Shown here: positions 38,386 to 52,248 of the stretch, in pieces | Position numbering within the stretch: position 1 is the stretch's first letter | How the letters are laid out: every line of letters begins with the position of its first letter | Assembly (NCBI GenBank): GCA_038087875.1 | Contig: CM075990.1 | Span: forward strand, 9,610,001 to 9,674,000 | Source of the DNA: Malacoraja senta | Lineage: Eukaryota | Direction: 5' to 3' | DNA: 64,000 bases | Notes under the pieces: model-generated | What the model saw: only the letters and a program-made list of their open reading frames with translations | What the model was told of the DNA's origin: nothing | The model's database searches: none | Position numbers and translations under genes: made by a program

Positions 38386-39359
38386 ATGGCGTCTGGTCTT
38401 ACAGAAGGTTAGAGGTCTGAACAAGAGATTAAAAACTGATTATAAATTGACCGCTTGGTCCCTACATGAGATGCTTTCCAGAACTATTCCTTCTTTTTTC
38501 TTTTTCTTTTCTAAGTTTAGTAGTCTTGAAGTCAGACAATGAGTGAATGCTAAATGCATTGACCTGAAGTTCCATTGCCGTTCAAAAGTGGATCAATATC
38601 CGTCGTGGAGACAGGATATGCAGACTGATGCTTTTAGCACTCAGTGATACTGATCTTCTATGGAGCAAATTAAAGTTCAAATTTAGTCTCTGGGAAAGAA
38701 TTATCAGAACATGAAAGTTAACTAAAAAGACATATACAAACAAAACTGAGAAAAGTGAAATTAAATTTAAACAGGAGTAAACCAGAATCAATGGAACTAT
38801 GATTCCTCTATAATTAGTAGATACCAGACTAACAGGCTGGATCAATGCTATCCAAAGGGCCACGCTATCCAGTTAAGTACAGAGTAATTTATGGTCATTG
38901 GTACAACTACAAATATCCGTGTTGCTATATACTTGTAGTCTACAGCAAAGGGCAGATAATTTTATGCCTCACTTTGCGGATACTATTAAAATCACATTGC
39001 ATCTGGCTTTAGCCATCTACAGGGATTAGTGATGCAGAACAAATTGTGTTTAATAATAAAAAAGACTGTTACTATAAGTAACATGTTGGCTGATTAGATA
39101 TATACCTCATCTGTCAACAAGGTCATTCATCACAATCATTGTTCTTATGATGCCGACAAGCAATTGATAGTATCGCGTGGAACAGGTGAATAGACTAGAA
39201 GTGCCTTGGTTCATCTTTAATGACAAAATAGAATAATGCAGAAGAGAAACTTTAATGCACAGATTTACAGGTTTTTAATGCTGGTATAATGTAGATCTGG
39301 ATATGGATAAAGAATTCTCAGTAACCAAATTGGCAATTAGTTCATAGTTAGTGGACTAA

Positions 39360-39560
39360 CAGTGACACAGCTGTACAGCGCCAGAGACCTGGATTCAACC
39401 CTAAGGGTGCAGTCTGTACGGAGTTTATATGTTCTCCCTGTGATCAGGTGGGTTTTCTCCAGATGTTCCGGTTTCCTCCCACATTCCAAAAACGTGCAAG
39501 TTTATAGGTTAATTGCTGGACTCAGTGGGCGAAGGGTCTGTTTCTCTAAACGAAACTAAC
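39360..39560 (+). mobile_element. V-SINE (HE1-like), partial
   Basis: cagcgccagagacctggattcaacc...ggttttctccagatgttccggtttcctcccacattccaaa core. Confidence 0.65.
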
Positions 39561-40049
39561 CTAATTTCAGTATTGGATGACGCCATGGAGGAGGGATATA
39601 TAAATATTGATCCACGAGCGTCTTATCAGGACATATGAGGTTGGGATGGGAGACTGGAATGACTTAGGATGGGTTATTGCAATGAAAGAACACAATTTAT
39701 TTGATAATCGAAAATAATTTGTCCAGTGGATTATGTAACCTATTTCCAGTTCATTGCTCAAATGTAGAAATCCGAAGGGAAAATATATCAATTACTAAAA
39801 CAATGGTTTGAGGAGAATGATGGGATGATGGCATTGGGTGAATTGCAACTCAATAGAAGACCATTTCCAAATGGAGTAACATGAGGATGGCAAATACCTA
39901 AATGAAAGAAAGGACATGGCTCATGGAGATCTAAAAGGGAAATGTGTCAGGGAGAGATATTCAGGTTGGTCTGTGGTAGACTTTGATAAGACTATTGGGG
40001 AAATATTTTGAGAGGAAAGTTTCATCTCACTCTATAGTTCTTCCATTGA

Positions 40050-40550
40050 CAGCATTTCCATAGATAGTGAACTATTCCAAGGTTCCTGGACACTGTTCCT
40101 CTTCTGGTTTAATGTGGACGCAACCCAGACCATCACGCAAACCAAATCTCCTTTCCATTGACTCCATTTGCACTTCACGTTGTCTCTGGAAGGCCACCAG
40201 CATAATTAAGAACCAGTCTCACCCCGGACACTCCCTCTTCTCCTCTCACTCATCAGGTATAGAAGTGTGAAAACATGTATCTCCAGATTCAGGGACAGTT
40301 TCTTCCCAGCTGATATCAGGCAATTGAACCATCCTATCACTAACTAGAGAGTGATCCTGACCAACCATTGACCTCATTGAGGACCCTCAGATGAACTTTA
40401 ATTGAATTTTTACCTTGCACTAAACATTATTCCCTTTATCCTAGATCTGTACACGCTTGATTCTAATCATGTATAGTCTTTCCACTGACTGGATAGCACA
40501 CAACAAAAAAACGTCACTGTACCTTGGACACGTGATAATAAACCAAACTA
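40050..40550 (+). mobile_element. Rex1/Babar-like LINE 3' fragment
   Basis: KATSIIKNQSHPGHSLFS..SG motif (ORF 40067-40270) and tail cacgtgataataaac. Confidence 0.6.
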
Positions 40551-40808
40551 AACGAAACTAATGGACATGACAACTCTCTGTTCCCCGACCTTTTTCTGCA
40601 TTTACCCAATTTATCCCTGAACATCCTACAACACTTCCATAGCTGGAAATACAATAAAGCCTTATTTAAAGTAGGAGTTGATACATGAGATCTATAGTTC
40701 AAGTTGAATTGAAACCAACCAGAAACCAAATCTTCTTATCCTTGGACACTGTTTATTGTGAGTTTAAAAGTTTCTTGTTTTTTTTTCTTTGCTATTTTAA
40801 TTTTCCAG

Positions 40809-41061
40809 GAAAACTTTCAGAAATACCTTCCTGGGTCTGGTGTTCTGCTGACGACTGGGCCAGGTGGCGTTCAGATAATGGACTCCAAATTCCAAAGTGG
40901 GTACAGCCAGTATGGTACACATGCAAAGGGCACAGCACCAGCACCATACCCCAAACCTCAACATCTTGCTGCTGTCTCCGGGATCATTGGAAAACATGGA
41001 AGTGGCCAAGGAGAAGGAGGAAGCGGTGAGGCTGGAGGTGCAGCGGGAAGTGGGGTTCATG
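40809..41061 (+). CDS. MYOZ1: Myozenin-1 coding exon 3 (Gly-rich region)
   Basis: ttttccag|GAA acceptor; ENFQKYLPGSG...GEAGGAAGSGVH; G|gtaagc donor; 253 nt, phase 0 to 1. Confidence 0.92.
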
Positions 41062-42501
41062 GTAAGCATGTGAACGAGATTCACCCTAACAAAACCAAAT
41101 AGCTTTGCAGAAAGTGTTGAAGACCCGAGGAAATCACACTTGAGCCTGGTCAGTAAACATGCGAGGTTCTCTGAAGCTGTTCACCTGTCAGAGTCTAATT
41201 CACCTCATGATACATGTTTGAATTAGAGTGAGGGATTAATGGGGATAATAGATGGAAAAACCAAGGGGCAGTTTTGTTGTGTCTTAGAGTGAGAGAGGTC
41301 AATCTATCTCCGAAGAGTCACCATTCTAGTGACCCCACAGTCTTCAGAAGGCTTGGAATTGCCAATGAGAATGAGACATCCATGTGGCTTGAGTATTAGA
41401 TGACATGTCTACATTTTACACAGTGAGCAGAGCTGCTCAGAAAATAAAGATGCTAACCAATTTGAAAGTAATTTAAAACGTGTATGAAGCTCAGGCACTG
41501 AGTTAGTTAAAATTGTATTTATCTGGCCAAGAAACAGCAACAGTAATGTTAACCCAGACCAATGTATGTAAAGTTAGGAAGTAAAATGGTTCTTATGGTG
41601 TCTTTCAAAACTTCAAAATATCCCAGCAACATTTTGCAGCCAATTAACTTATTTTGGAATTGTTTCTTAGTTATGAATGGATTGAACTGCTTCATATATT
41701 TTCCAGAATTGCATTATTTTTTTTGTCAGGATTTTCATAGAATTTGTTATTTGTGAAGAACTTGGGAAAAGTGAAGCAATTCTTATCTTTCAACCAATTG
41801 GTAACAAAAAGGAAGCATATTTTTCTGGACATCGTTGGGAATGTGTCTGGCAGTGACAATGGCATATTTATGTCCCTGCCGAACTAATGAGAAGACAATG
41901 TTGGGTCTTCTTCTTGAGTCGAGGTGCTGCAGGCCAATCGACAGATGGGACTTGAGCAAGCTACCTGAAAACTCTTCGCAACAACTCCAGATTGTGGTCA
42001 TTGGCCTTACTCTCTGGAGAATAGGAAGATAATTATCAATCTACAGCTTGCTTATGATTGTATTTAGCTGCAGGGCCCCCTCGGATAATTGGTCTCAAGT
42101 GTTTAGGGAGCCAGGTTGATGATTTGACTCATGAGTAGCCAATGAAATTAGACATAAAGTTCATGTCATAGGAGCAGAATTAGGTCATTCGGTCCATCGA
42201 GTCTACTCTGCCATTCAGTCATAGTTGGTCTATCTTTCCCTCTCAACCCCATTCTGCTGCCTCCTCCCCATAATCTTTGATACCCTTACTAATCAAGAAT
42301 CTGTCAATCGCCACTTTAAAAATACCCAATTACCTGGCCGCCTCATTTTAGATTCACATCTCATTTTTCTTAACACTGGCGAATCTTACTTAATCTTTCC
42401 TCATAAGGCAATTCCACCATTCCTGGAATCATATAACCTACTTCTACATTTATTTCATGTTATGTCTTTAAAGGCCCAGGAACTGTGTAAATCCAATTGC
42501 A

Positions 42502-43570
42502 CTCTTCTCCCTGTATATTCTCCCCTTAGGCCAAGTCATTCAAAGGCACGGTATTTCCTTCCATTGTTATGCAGATGATACACAACTCTATCTCCCCCTG
42601 AAGCCCAAAAACCGATCAAATTTACTTAACCTTATCCACTGTCTCGAGGATATAAAGTGTTGGATGGCCCAGAACTTCCTCCAACTAAACGAGAGTAAGT
42701 CTGAGGTCATCCTTCTCGGCCCCTCGGACTCAATCAAAATGATAGCAGGCAGCCTTGGAAGCCTTACCCCACTACTCAAACCTCACGTCAAAAATCTTGG
42801 CGTGATATTTGACTCAGCATTGAAATTTGACAAACAAGTCAATGCCGTGGTAAAAGCTAGCTTCTTTCAGCTTCGGACGATAGCTAAAATAAAACAATTC
42901 CTCCAGTTTGATGACCTCGAAAAGATCATCCACACATTTATCTCCTCCCGCCTCGATTACTGCAACTCCCTTTACACTGGCATCAGCCAATCTTCCCTGT
43001 CCCGCCTGCAATTGGTCCAAAACGCCGCAGCGTGACTCCTGATGGGCACCCGAAAAAGGGACCACATCACCCCGATCCTGGCCCCTCTCCACTGGCTCCC
43101 TGTGCAGTTCCGAATAAATTTCAAGATCCTTCTTTATGTCTACAAAGCCCTTAACGGGCTGGCCCCCACTTACATCAAAAGTCTGCTTACCCACCACACC
43201 ACCTCCAGGTCCCTCAGATTGGCCGTCTTGGGGTTACTGAACATCCTGCGGTCTAGGCATAAGCTCAGGGGCGACCGCGCCTTTGCGGTTGCAGCTCCTA
43301 GACTGTGGAACAGCATCGCTCTTCACATCAGAACTGCCCCCCCATCGACTCCTTTAAGTTGAGACTTAAAACTCATCTCTACTCTCAAGCCTTTCTTGAC
43401 GTCCTCTGAGGGAGGGCTATATGTATGTATTTATGTATGTACTTAATCTATGAACCAATGTTGTATAACGTTAGTACCTCCACCAATGTAAAGCACTTTG
43501 GCCAACGAGAGTTGTTATTTTAAATGTGCTATAGAAATAAAAGTGACTTGACTGTGTATAGTGACTTGAC
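42502..43570 (+). mobile_element. 5'-truncated L2-clade LINE (RT C-terminal half plus 3' UTR)
   Basis: LFSLYILPLG..FHCYADDTQLY (YADD at 42568-42579), VKNLGVIFDS, SRLDYCNSL, LQLVQNAAA*, HITPILAPLHWLPV; one in-frame stop at 43033-43035; L2-type tail gtaaagcactttg...aaatgtgctatagaaataaa with TGACT repeats. Confidence 0.92.
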
Positions 43571-43715
43571 TGGTAATCTTTCATCTCTGCTCTCCTGGTG
43601 ATCAGGATTATGTGAATGTTAAAGTGGCATTATCAGGAATGTTAAAATGGCATCATGTTTAAATGCATGATTGCTCAGCTGCTCACTTTTTACTGTGCTG
43701 TTTGCTCCCTGGCAG

Positions 43716-43902
43716 GTGGTGGTGGTGATGATGGGAAGGGAGCTGGAGCAGGAGGCAAAAAGCACACATCGGTAATCAAAACCTACTTATCACCCTGGGA
43801 ACAGGCCATGGGGAATGATGCGGATCTGAAGTCCACCATGAATCTTCACATGGCGTTACCAGGTTCTGCAACCAAACGTCATGCCTACAAGTGTTTCAAC
43901 AG
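43716..43902 (+). CDS. MYOZ1: Myozenin-1 coding exon 4
   Basis: ggcag|GT acceptor; GGKKHTSVIKTYLSPWEQAMG...YKCFNR; AG|gtgagg donor; phase 1 to 2. Confidence 0.96.
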
Positions 43903-44129
43903 GTGAGGTTCCTGTCATAAAGTGAACAGAAGGTGTGAGAACTAGTTACCAAGTAATTAAATCACATTGACGGAGATGTTTAACCTCTTCTCCTTTGGTT
44001 GATTATCTGTCCAAATACAGGAAATGAAGATAAGGGAGTAGGATATGGGTCAAAAGGATGGGAGAGATGTGGCATATGGGTATGAAATCCACTCTGTCTG
44101 GAGTGAAAATCCTCCCAGCTCAATCCCAG

Positions 44130-44385
44130 TTCTCGCTACTTCTATGTAATCCCACTTTCGCATCCACTCCCTACGTATTAGGGACAATTTTACAGAGGCC
44201 AATTGATCTAAAAACCTACACATGTTTGGGATGTGGGAGGAAACCAGAGCGTGGGAAGGAAACCCACACAGTTACAGGGAAAACATGCTAACTCCACACA
44301 GACAGCACCCGAGTTCAGGATCGAACCCGGGTCTGTGGCGCTGTGAGGCAAAAGCACTACCAGCTACGCTACTGTACCACCCTGT
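44130..44385 (-). mobile_element. V-SINE (HE1-like)
   Basis: B-box GGTTCGATCC on the minus strand (44318-44327) and V-domain-like core. Confidence 0.7.
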
Positions 44386-45984
44386 GTGCATGAGGATAGT
44401 GATTTTGACGTACTTTTCACCGAATTGTGCAGATATTTTACAAAACCCTACAAGGCAGATTGATTATAATGTGAATGACTACGTGGTCCAAAAAATGGTG
44501 GCTCTTGGATTACATTTATTTTAGTGGGAGAAAGGAAAGGGTATTAAAGCTTAAGTGACTGGAGGGCTGCAACTGAAAGATTTCACATGGTTCCTTTCTC
44601 TTTGCAACATACATGAATATCTGGGATTTAAATGCAGAACTGCGATTGTGGACTTAGCCAATGATTCCAAAACAGGTAGTGCAGCTAATAGTGAAGAAGA
44701 ATATCATAGAGATCATGAAAGTTTAAATGACATAAAAGAGGCAAATGTAATTCAGTCAGGATTAGTGTAAGATAATGCCTTTGAGCAGGGCAAACAACTA
44801 ATGGGGTCACAATGAAAAACAGCATACAAAAAAAAAAAGTTGAGAAAAACTGGCATTATGGGAGTGCACCTCAACAGAAGGTAATAAAGTGGGGATTAGT
44901 GATACTTGCCTTAAGTGTTTCAGACATTATAAGAGTAGAAAGGCAATGCTGGAACTGAAAAAAAATACTTCGCATACAGTTAGGGTATTATGTACAATTC
45001 TGGTCCCCGACGCCATGCTTCGACAGTGACCACATTGACACTCGCAATAGGGTGAACTCACATGGTTTAGTCCATTTACAGTGGTAAGCAAGTCCAGGAC
45101 CCCATGGGGGCACTGTCCCTTGCCATCAGAGTGCATGTGCGATGACGTTGGCAATCTCGGGCTTGTCCCAGCAGCTTAGGCCTGGTCTTTGAAGGAGGAA
45201 GCTTGGCAATCTCAGGCTTCTACCTGCAATTCACCCCCGTCTCGAGAGGAGCTGCTGATGGTACAGGATTCTTCCTGGCAGCTCAACTTTGGATTTGGCA
45301 AGGCGACACTGGAGGTCCCTGGATTATTCCGGCAGCCAGTCTTTGCCTCTGTGTGTGTGGGCGCAGTCCCTCGTTGTCTGTGGGCACGTAGAGATTCTGG
45401 CAACTCCGGCTTGCCCTGGCCACCTACTCTTAGCCACAGGTAGAGGTGCTGGCTAATTAGGGCTTCTTTCCTGGCGGTCTAGTCTTAACTACACAGTGGC
45501 GCTGGTGGTCTTGGGTCTGTCCCAGTGGCTCAGTCTTCCTTGTATCTGCAACAGGAGAACACAACTGGGAGGGAGGCGGCCCACTTTGTTTCCCTTCCTC
45601 CCATCTTCCTTCTCCTTCTTCCACTTTCTCTTCTGCTTCCTCTCTCATCCTCTCCCTTCTCACAATCTCCCTCTCTGGCTTGAAATCCTGGGTTTGAAAG
45701 AGAGTAGGCTGACAAACTAAAAAGTGGCCAACCAATAGTAATAATTCTGGGAATTGGTCTCTCCTGGTCGGTCAGCCTGTTAAAGGGATCAGAGCTGCAC
45801 CCAAGAGAGGGGGCGCTATCACAAAGGGTATGATAGCTCAAGAGAAGAGTTCTGAGGAAATTTACTATGGTTTTACCAGGCTGGAGAATTATAGTTACAT
45901 GGGGAGACCAATCAGGCCAACATTGTTTACTTTGGAACTGAAGACCCAAATTAATTGAGGTGTTCAAATTTATGAGAAACTATT

Positions 45985-46265
45985 AGGCACAGTGGCACAG
46001 CTAGTTGACCCACTGCCTTAGCACCAGAGACCAGGTTCAATCCTGATCTTGCTTGCCATCCGTGTGGAATTTGCATGTTCTCTTCTGACTGCATGGGTTT
46101 TCTCTGGTGCTTTGATTTTCTCCCACATCTTAAAGACATGCAAGTTGCTAGATTAATTTGCTGCAATGTGTAAGTTAGTGGTAGAATCTGTGGTGCAAAA
46201 TTGTGTGGTTAATGATTGGTATGGTCTCGATGAGCTGAAGGACCTGCTTCTGTGTGGCATCTAAG
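45985..46265 (+). mobile_element. V-SINE (HE1-like)
   Basis: ggcacagtggcacagc head, GGTTCAATCC B-box, conserved core. Confidence 0.7.
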
Positions 46266-47778
46266 TTTAAAGGTACGTAAACAAATGAAGTTTTGTTTTC
46301 TCTCTCTTTTTCTTTATTTGCATCATTTGGTTCCTTCCAAATTCTAACAGAATTTGTCCAGGCACCAAAGTGGTTTCTTATAGTGAATTCCTCCAAGAGG
46401 CTAGCATATGATTGTTTTCACATGCATTGAGTTACCCAAGAGATTGAAGAAGTGACAGTGAAGAAGTGCAATAGATACACATATGGACCTCCTAAAGGCA
46501 CTTCATGAGTAACCAAAGTGCATCAGTAACCACATCAGAATTAATCAAAAAACTGAAACTTATGATTTTAAAGAGATAACATGGCCACATAATTGTCTTG
46601 AGATTGGAGGCAATGATCATGGTGATTATATTTCTGAATGAAGTAAAATATGCATTGGAGTTTTCCTGGGATTAATAGTAGGACCAATGTTTTTTTTTTG
46701 TTATTTGTGTTTAGGGAATTTAATTTCAAAGTTTACAGTTGATATGAATCTTGGTAATGTGAGCCAATATACAGTATGCAAATGAATGTGAAATGGTTCT
46801 CTTTGGGAATAACAACCTGGAGGAGCAGTGTCATTTGGTTCTGATTTGAGCATGTGCTCGATCAGAGGACCCCTGGGAGTCAACGATACAACTCTTTGTG
46901 GATGCAGGGCAAGTTGATCAGGGTAGAAACAAGGAACTGCAGATGCTGGTTTACAAACAAGGACACAAAGTGCAAGGGAATGAAAAAGGACCCAGTGGGT
47001 CAGGCAGCATCTCTAGAGAACATGAATCTCTGGAGAACCAAGAGTTGCTGCCTGACTCGCTGAGTTATTCCAGCACTTTGTACTGAAGTTGATCAGGGTG
47101 GTTGGAAAAGTCCATGGAATACTTCCTTTGCAAACGCAGACATTGAATGTGAAAACAAAGCAATGCCACACTTTTATACATTGCTTCTTAGGTCATAGCT
47201 GAAATACTTGCTGCCAGACCTTAGGAAGCATGTCAGGTATATTGAGGAAATAAAGAGAATTATCAATGATGAAGCACTTTATCTGTTATCTAATTAGATG
47301 TGCTGGGACTGTTCTGCTCACACCAGGAGGGAAATGGGTTCAAAATGGCAAAGAGCTGTGGTGCAATAAGGAGGTGAAAATTATTTTTTCTGCCAGTGTG
47401 GTGGTAAGCCACAATGAACAGATTAAAAACAATGGGAATGGAGGGGATACTTCTTTCAATTAGGGCTTTGAAGAGATGGATCCTTTGAGCTAGTCCCATA
47501 CTAACTTTTAAAAGAAAAATTGATAGACACTGGAAGTAGATTGATATGCAACTTTACACTGGTGGAAAGTGGGACTAAATTGTTTATCATATGTGGTGGG
47601 GAAATGATGGGCTAAATGACCTCAGCCAAATTTAGAAACAGACAAACTGTGGAACAATTCAGCGTGGTTCTCTCTGCTAATGTTTTCTGTACTTTCAATT
47701 TCAAAACCTATTTCCATCCATTAAGAGCAGCATGAGGTGGTGTTCCCAGATCAGTAAAACCATTTCCTAATTCAGCGA

Positions 47779-47966
47779 TAGACACAAAATGCTGGAGTAA
47801 CTCAGCGGGACAGGCAGCATCTCTGGAGAGAAGGAATGGGTGATGTTTCGGGTTAAGACCCTTCTTCAGACTTCATACGTCAGAGATGCTGCCTGTCCCG
47901 CTGAGTTACTCAGCATTTTGTGTCTACCTTTGGTTTAAACCAGCATCTGCAGTTCCTTCATACACA
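47779..47966. mobile_element. Penelope-derived insert made of an inverted plus a direct tail copy
   Basis: Fold-back structure; 14-bp TSD TCCTAATTCAGCGA at 47765-47778 and 47967-47980. Confidence 0.8.
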
Positions 47967-48496
47967 TCCTAATTCAGCGACTACTCTTGGTCAAGTGACT
48001 AATATTTCACCAATTACCATCTGGGCAGGCAGCTCATGGACAGTTATAACATAGGAAATACATATATCTTGTATATGGAAATAGGAGAAGGCTGTTTAGG
48101 CTCTCAATTCTGACATTAAATATCATTCAATCACATTTTTTGCCCAATTCCATATCCCTTGATCTCTTTCAAAATGATGATTACATTCTGAATATTAACA
48201 AATAATTACTCTATGCATATCTGTACGCATCCATGATGGATGTTTTTACTCTTCATTACACCCAAGATGTTCAATCATTTAGAAAATGGCTATCTACCCT
48301 GTGGAGGTGTCCAGGGAGCAGGTTAAGGCTATTTCTGTTGGCATTTTCATTTAACATGCATGTGAAGTAAGCCGGTGTATTGTAAATGTAGCCTAAGGTA
48401 CTTATGTTCTATCTCCCTTGTTCCTCTACTTCTCCATCTCAGACCTGGGTAGCATGTTGTAATTGCCGAAGTTCTTTTCCAGTTAGAAAATGTCCA

Positions 48497-48623
48497 GAAA
48501 GAACTGCAGATGCTGGTTAAAATCGAAGATAGACACAAAATGTTGGAGTAACTCAGCGGGTGAGGCAGCATCTTTGGAGAGAAGGAATGGGCGACGTTTC
48601 GGGTCGAGACCCTTCTTCAGACC
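48497..48623 (-). mobile_element. Penelope-derived short element with intact hammerhead-like core (48593-48620)
   Basis: Minus strand CTGAAGAAGGGTCTCGACCCGAAACGTC plus the standard tail. Confidence 0.8.
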
Positions 48624-49728
48624 AGAATGGGGTACTCAATTTTCTGACCCAAGAGCAATCCCTTGCCATAGCACTAAGTTCAGCATGAAACCACCAGATC
48701 CCAACCTTTCCACCACATTTTGACATTCTGTTGGTGCAGTTCATTCTACCCTGAAAATGAATGAAACACTGGATTGTGGAAAGAATGTGGAACCACTGTT
48801 TTCTGATGAAAGGATCCTGCTTTCAGGAATGTTTTCATATTTCTCTTGACCTCTTTGAGCAAAACTAGATAATATAAGCGAAAGCCCTGTTTCGGGTGTC
48901 TATATTTGTATGAGCAACCAGAATCAGAGCCAGGAATGAAGTGAGGAAACATATCAATATGGTAAACATTTCTAAATGCCAGTTGTTAGTTGACTGGTAA
49001 ATGTCTGTTACAAGGTATTAAGGATTGTCAAATATGAGGCTGTTGTCACAAGCCAGTCCTACTCTCACTGATTATCGGATCCAATGTGCAGCTTAAAGGA
49101 GGTGCAGGTAGTTGCTAGAGACCATTCCAAGAAAATTGGTAGAGTGAAGGTGGTGGTAGTAGTGGTGATGGCTTGGGTAAAAGACATTATGTGTGTAGAA
49201 AATACTTGTGTCACAAGTCTTGTTGCTTTGAACAGTTGCCCAGATTGCACTGTCTTCTGTAACAAAGACCAGCTGGCCAATAACCAGCCCACTCTTCAAC
49301 TAGAAGATGATTAACAAATACAGGCTCAGAGAGAGCAGAGCTAATTTTGTAGCCACCAATAAATGTAGTGTAATATGGACATGACAGAACAGTTTTGCAC
49401 GTAACCGTCGAAAAGATGATGAGAGTTTCAAAATTACACTGCCAGAAGTCTCTAATATCTGTGTGACCTGATCAGTATTCTTAAATTAGACTGTTGCCCT
49501 GTGACTTGATATAGCTGTGTCACTGGATATGGTGGCTTAGTTTTGAAATCCATCCACATTCTTCCAGTAGAGCTGCCTCACTTAAAGGACTTCAGACTCC
49601 TTGGAAAATAAAATAAATATCAAATGCATTTCTGCAAAAATTGCGCCATATTGGGAAGTACTGGCAGTACGGAATTAAATAAATGGATGACAATCCAATG
49701 GTTTACATTAATAATCCAGAGAAAAAAA

Positions 49729-49972
49729 GACACAAGGTGCTGATTCAACGGGACAGGCAACATCTCTGGAGAACATGGATAGGTGACATTTTGGGTTGGG
49801 ACCCTTCTTCAGACAGTATTATTTATTCCTGGCCCTAATTTCCGTGTCTGAAGAAGGGCCCCAACCCAAAACACCACCTATCAATGTTCTCCAGAGATGC
49901 TGCCTGACCCGCTGAGTTATTCCAATACTTTGTGTCTTTTTTTGTAAACCGGCATCTGCAGTTCCTTATGAC
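49729..49972. mobile_element. Inverted pair of Penelope-derived tails
   Basis: Arms about 49729-49814 and 49846-49936 with a spacer of about 31 bp. Confidence 0.7.
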
Positions 49973-50059
49973 TACGTTTTATTGCTCTAATGCAAAATCT
50001 CCTCAATGTGTGCCTGCTTTGAAGAAGTTCTCATTTGTTTGAAGAAGGGGCCTCTTCTA

Positions 50060-50830
50060 TCCTTATTTCATACTTTTGATGTTTTCATCGCTGGCCTTTA
50101 TCCAACCATCTGTCAATTGAAACCACCCTCAATAATAGCCATCTATCGCTTGTGTAGGAAAGAACTGCAGATACTGGTTTAAATCAAAGGTAGACACAAA
50201 ATGCTGGAGTAACTCAGGCAGGACAGGCAGCATCTCTGGAAAGAAGTCTGAAGAAGGGTCTCGACCTGAAATGTCACCTATTCCTTCTCTCCAGAGATGG
50301 AATACTTACTCCAGCATTTTGTGTCTACCTTCCATCTATCACTTGCCAGGCCGTGTCCTGCCCCCATCTCTCTTCTAGCTTTCTTCCCCTTACGACAATC
50401 AGTCTGAAGGCCCAGATCGAGTGGATGTGAAAAGAATGTTTCCAGTATTGGGAGAGTCTAGAACCAGAGGGCACAGACTCAGAATAAAAGGACGTACCTT
50501 TAGAATGGAGATGAGGGGCATTTATTTAGCCGAAGGGTGGTGATTTGTGGAATTCATTGTCAGAAATGGCTGTGGACGCCCAGAGATTTAAAGCAGAGAT
50601 TGATAGGTTCTTGATTAGTAAGGTTATGGGAAAAGGCAGGAGAATGTTGAGAGGGAAAAATAGATCAACCATGACTGAATAGCAGAGTAGACTTGATGGG
50701 CCGAATGGCTTAATTCTGCTCCAATGTCTTTTGGTTGAAGAAGAGTTTCGACCTGAAACGTCACCTATCCACATTCTCCAGAGATGCTGCTTGACCTACT
50801 GAATCACTCCAGCACTTAGTGTCTTTTTGT
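50060..50830 (+). mobile_element. Nested cluster: older Penelope 3' end interrupted by a fold-back Penelope insert (50153-50331) and a CR1 3' fragment (about 50412-50725)
   Basis: TSD CCATCTATC(G/A)CTTG at 50139-50152 and 50332-50345; CR1 ESRTRGH-coding segment and tail. Confidence 0.7.
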
Positions 50831-52248
50831 CATTAAAGTCAAGCCAGGAGATCAGCCTGGGTTCAGTAAAGAGAGTGGAAGGGTATGCCAGAAATAGTAC
50901 TAGGCATACCTAAAACCGAATTGCCAACATAGCAAAGTTGCAATATTAACTACATGAATGCCAAAAATATGGTTCAGTTGTCTTGTAAACAACAGTCAAA
51001 CTCAACTTTTTGCCATCCTGCGTCTGTAAATTAGCCATGGGAAACATTAATCAAAGGAAAATGCTCCATCATTTGGAGCCATACTTCTCCAGGAAGATGG
51101 CTTTAGTTGCTGTAAGATAATCATCGCGGTCTCATGATTCCAATAAGATTGTAACCTCGGCACAATTATTTTCAGATGCTTCATTAGGAATGACCATCTC
51201 CAACGTGGGACAATCTAACCGCACCTTTGAAATCCAGTGACATTGCTATCACAGTTCTTCAGGATCAGCAGTCTAGGGAGTCACCATTTACTAGAAATTT
51301 AGCGAGACCACTCACATAAATGAAAAACAGATCCAAAGTTAAATGTCCTGTAGTGAATGAATCACATCCTGATTCCCAAAACCATTCCACCATCTGCAAA
51401 ACACAAGTCAGGAACATTATGGAATATTTACAGATGAGGGTTGCTTAATCAACACCTGAGGAGCTCAATATTATCTCAGATAAAACAGGGTGTTGGATTG
51501 ACATATTATTATATAATCATTCCCTCCTTCCACCACTGCCACCATTTTCAAAATGCAATGTAATTACTCAATTTGGTTACTTTGAACAGCACCTTATAAA
51601 TCTAATACCTCATCACCAATAATGACAAGGAACGTATGTACATAGCTATGTACAATATCGATACGTTCCCTTCCAAATGATAAACCGTTCTGCCTTGGAA
51701 ATTATTTGTATTTTTGTCATTGTTACTGGGGTTTAAATATTTCAATTCCATATCAAATGGTACTGTGGAAGTACTTTCATAATACAGCACATCAAGGTGA
51801 TTCACCATCCCGACTTAAGGGCAATTAGTGAAGGACAATAAGTGCTGACATTGTGTTAGCAATGGCCACTTTCAATGAATGGAGATATTAAAATCGTGGG
51901 GCATCTGATTTTTTAATATAATTGTTACTTTTGTAAATTATGTTCTTTTAAACAGCTTTGCAACTATTTACCTTGAAGCTGCAATACAGGTGCTTGCTAT
52001 TTGCTCCATTGTGTCCGTATAAGAGGTTTATGCTCCAAATGAGCATCCTTTCACATTCATCCTGTTAATATTTCTATTCATTATTTTTCTTGCCTGTTAT
52101 TGTTGCTGACTTGTTTACATTCCAAATGACGACAGAATGTTATTATTCGTAAAGGATGAAAGAAAGATCAGGAGTCAATTTAAAATATTGTCCGAAAATA
52201 TTGTCCGATGTAATAATTAAACTCAAACATGTTTAAAATCCCTTGCAG

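Noticed and set aside
44290-44385. tRNA-like A/B boxes (also at 15101 and 45985)
   Set aside because: These are SINE heads followed by the V-SINE core; no cloverleaf.
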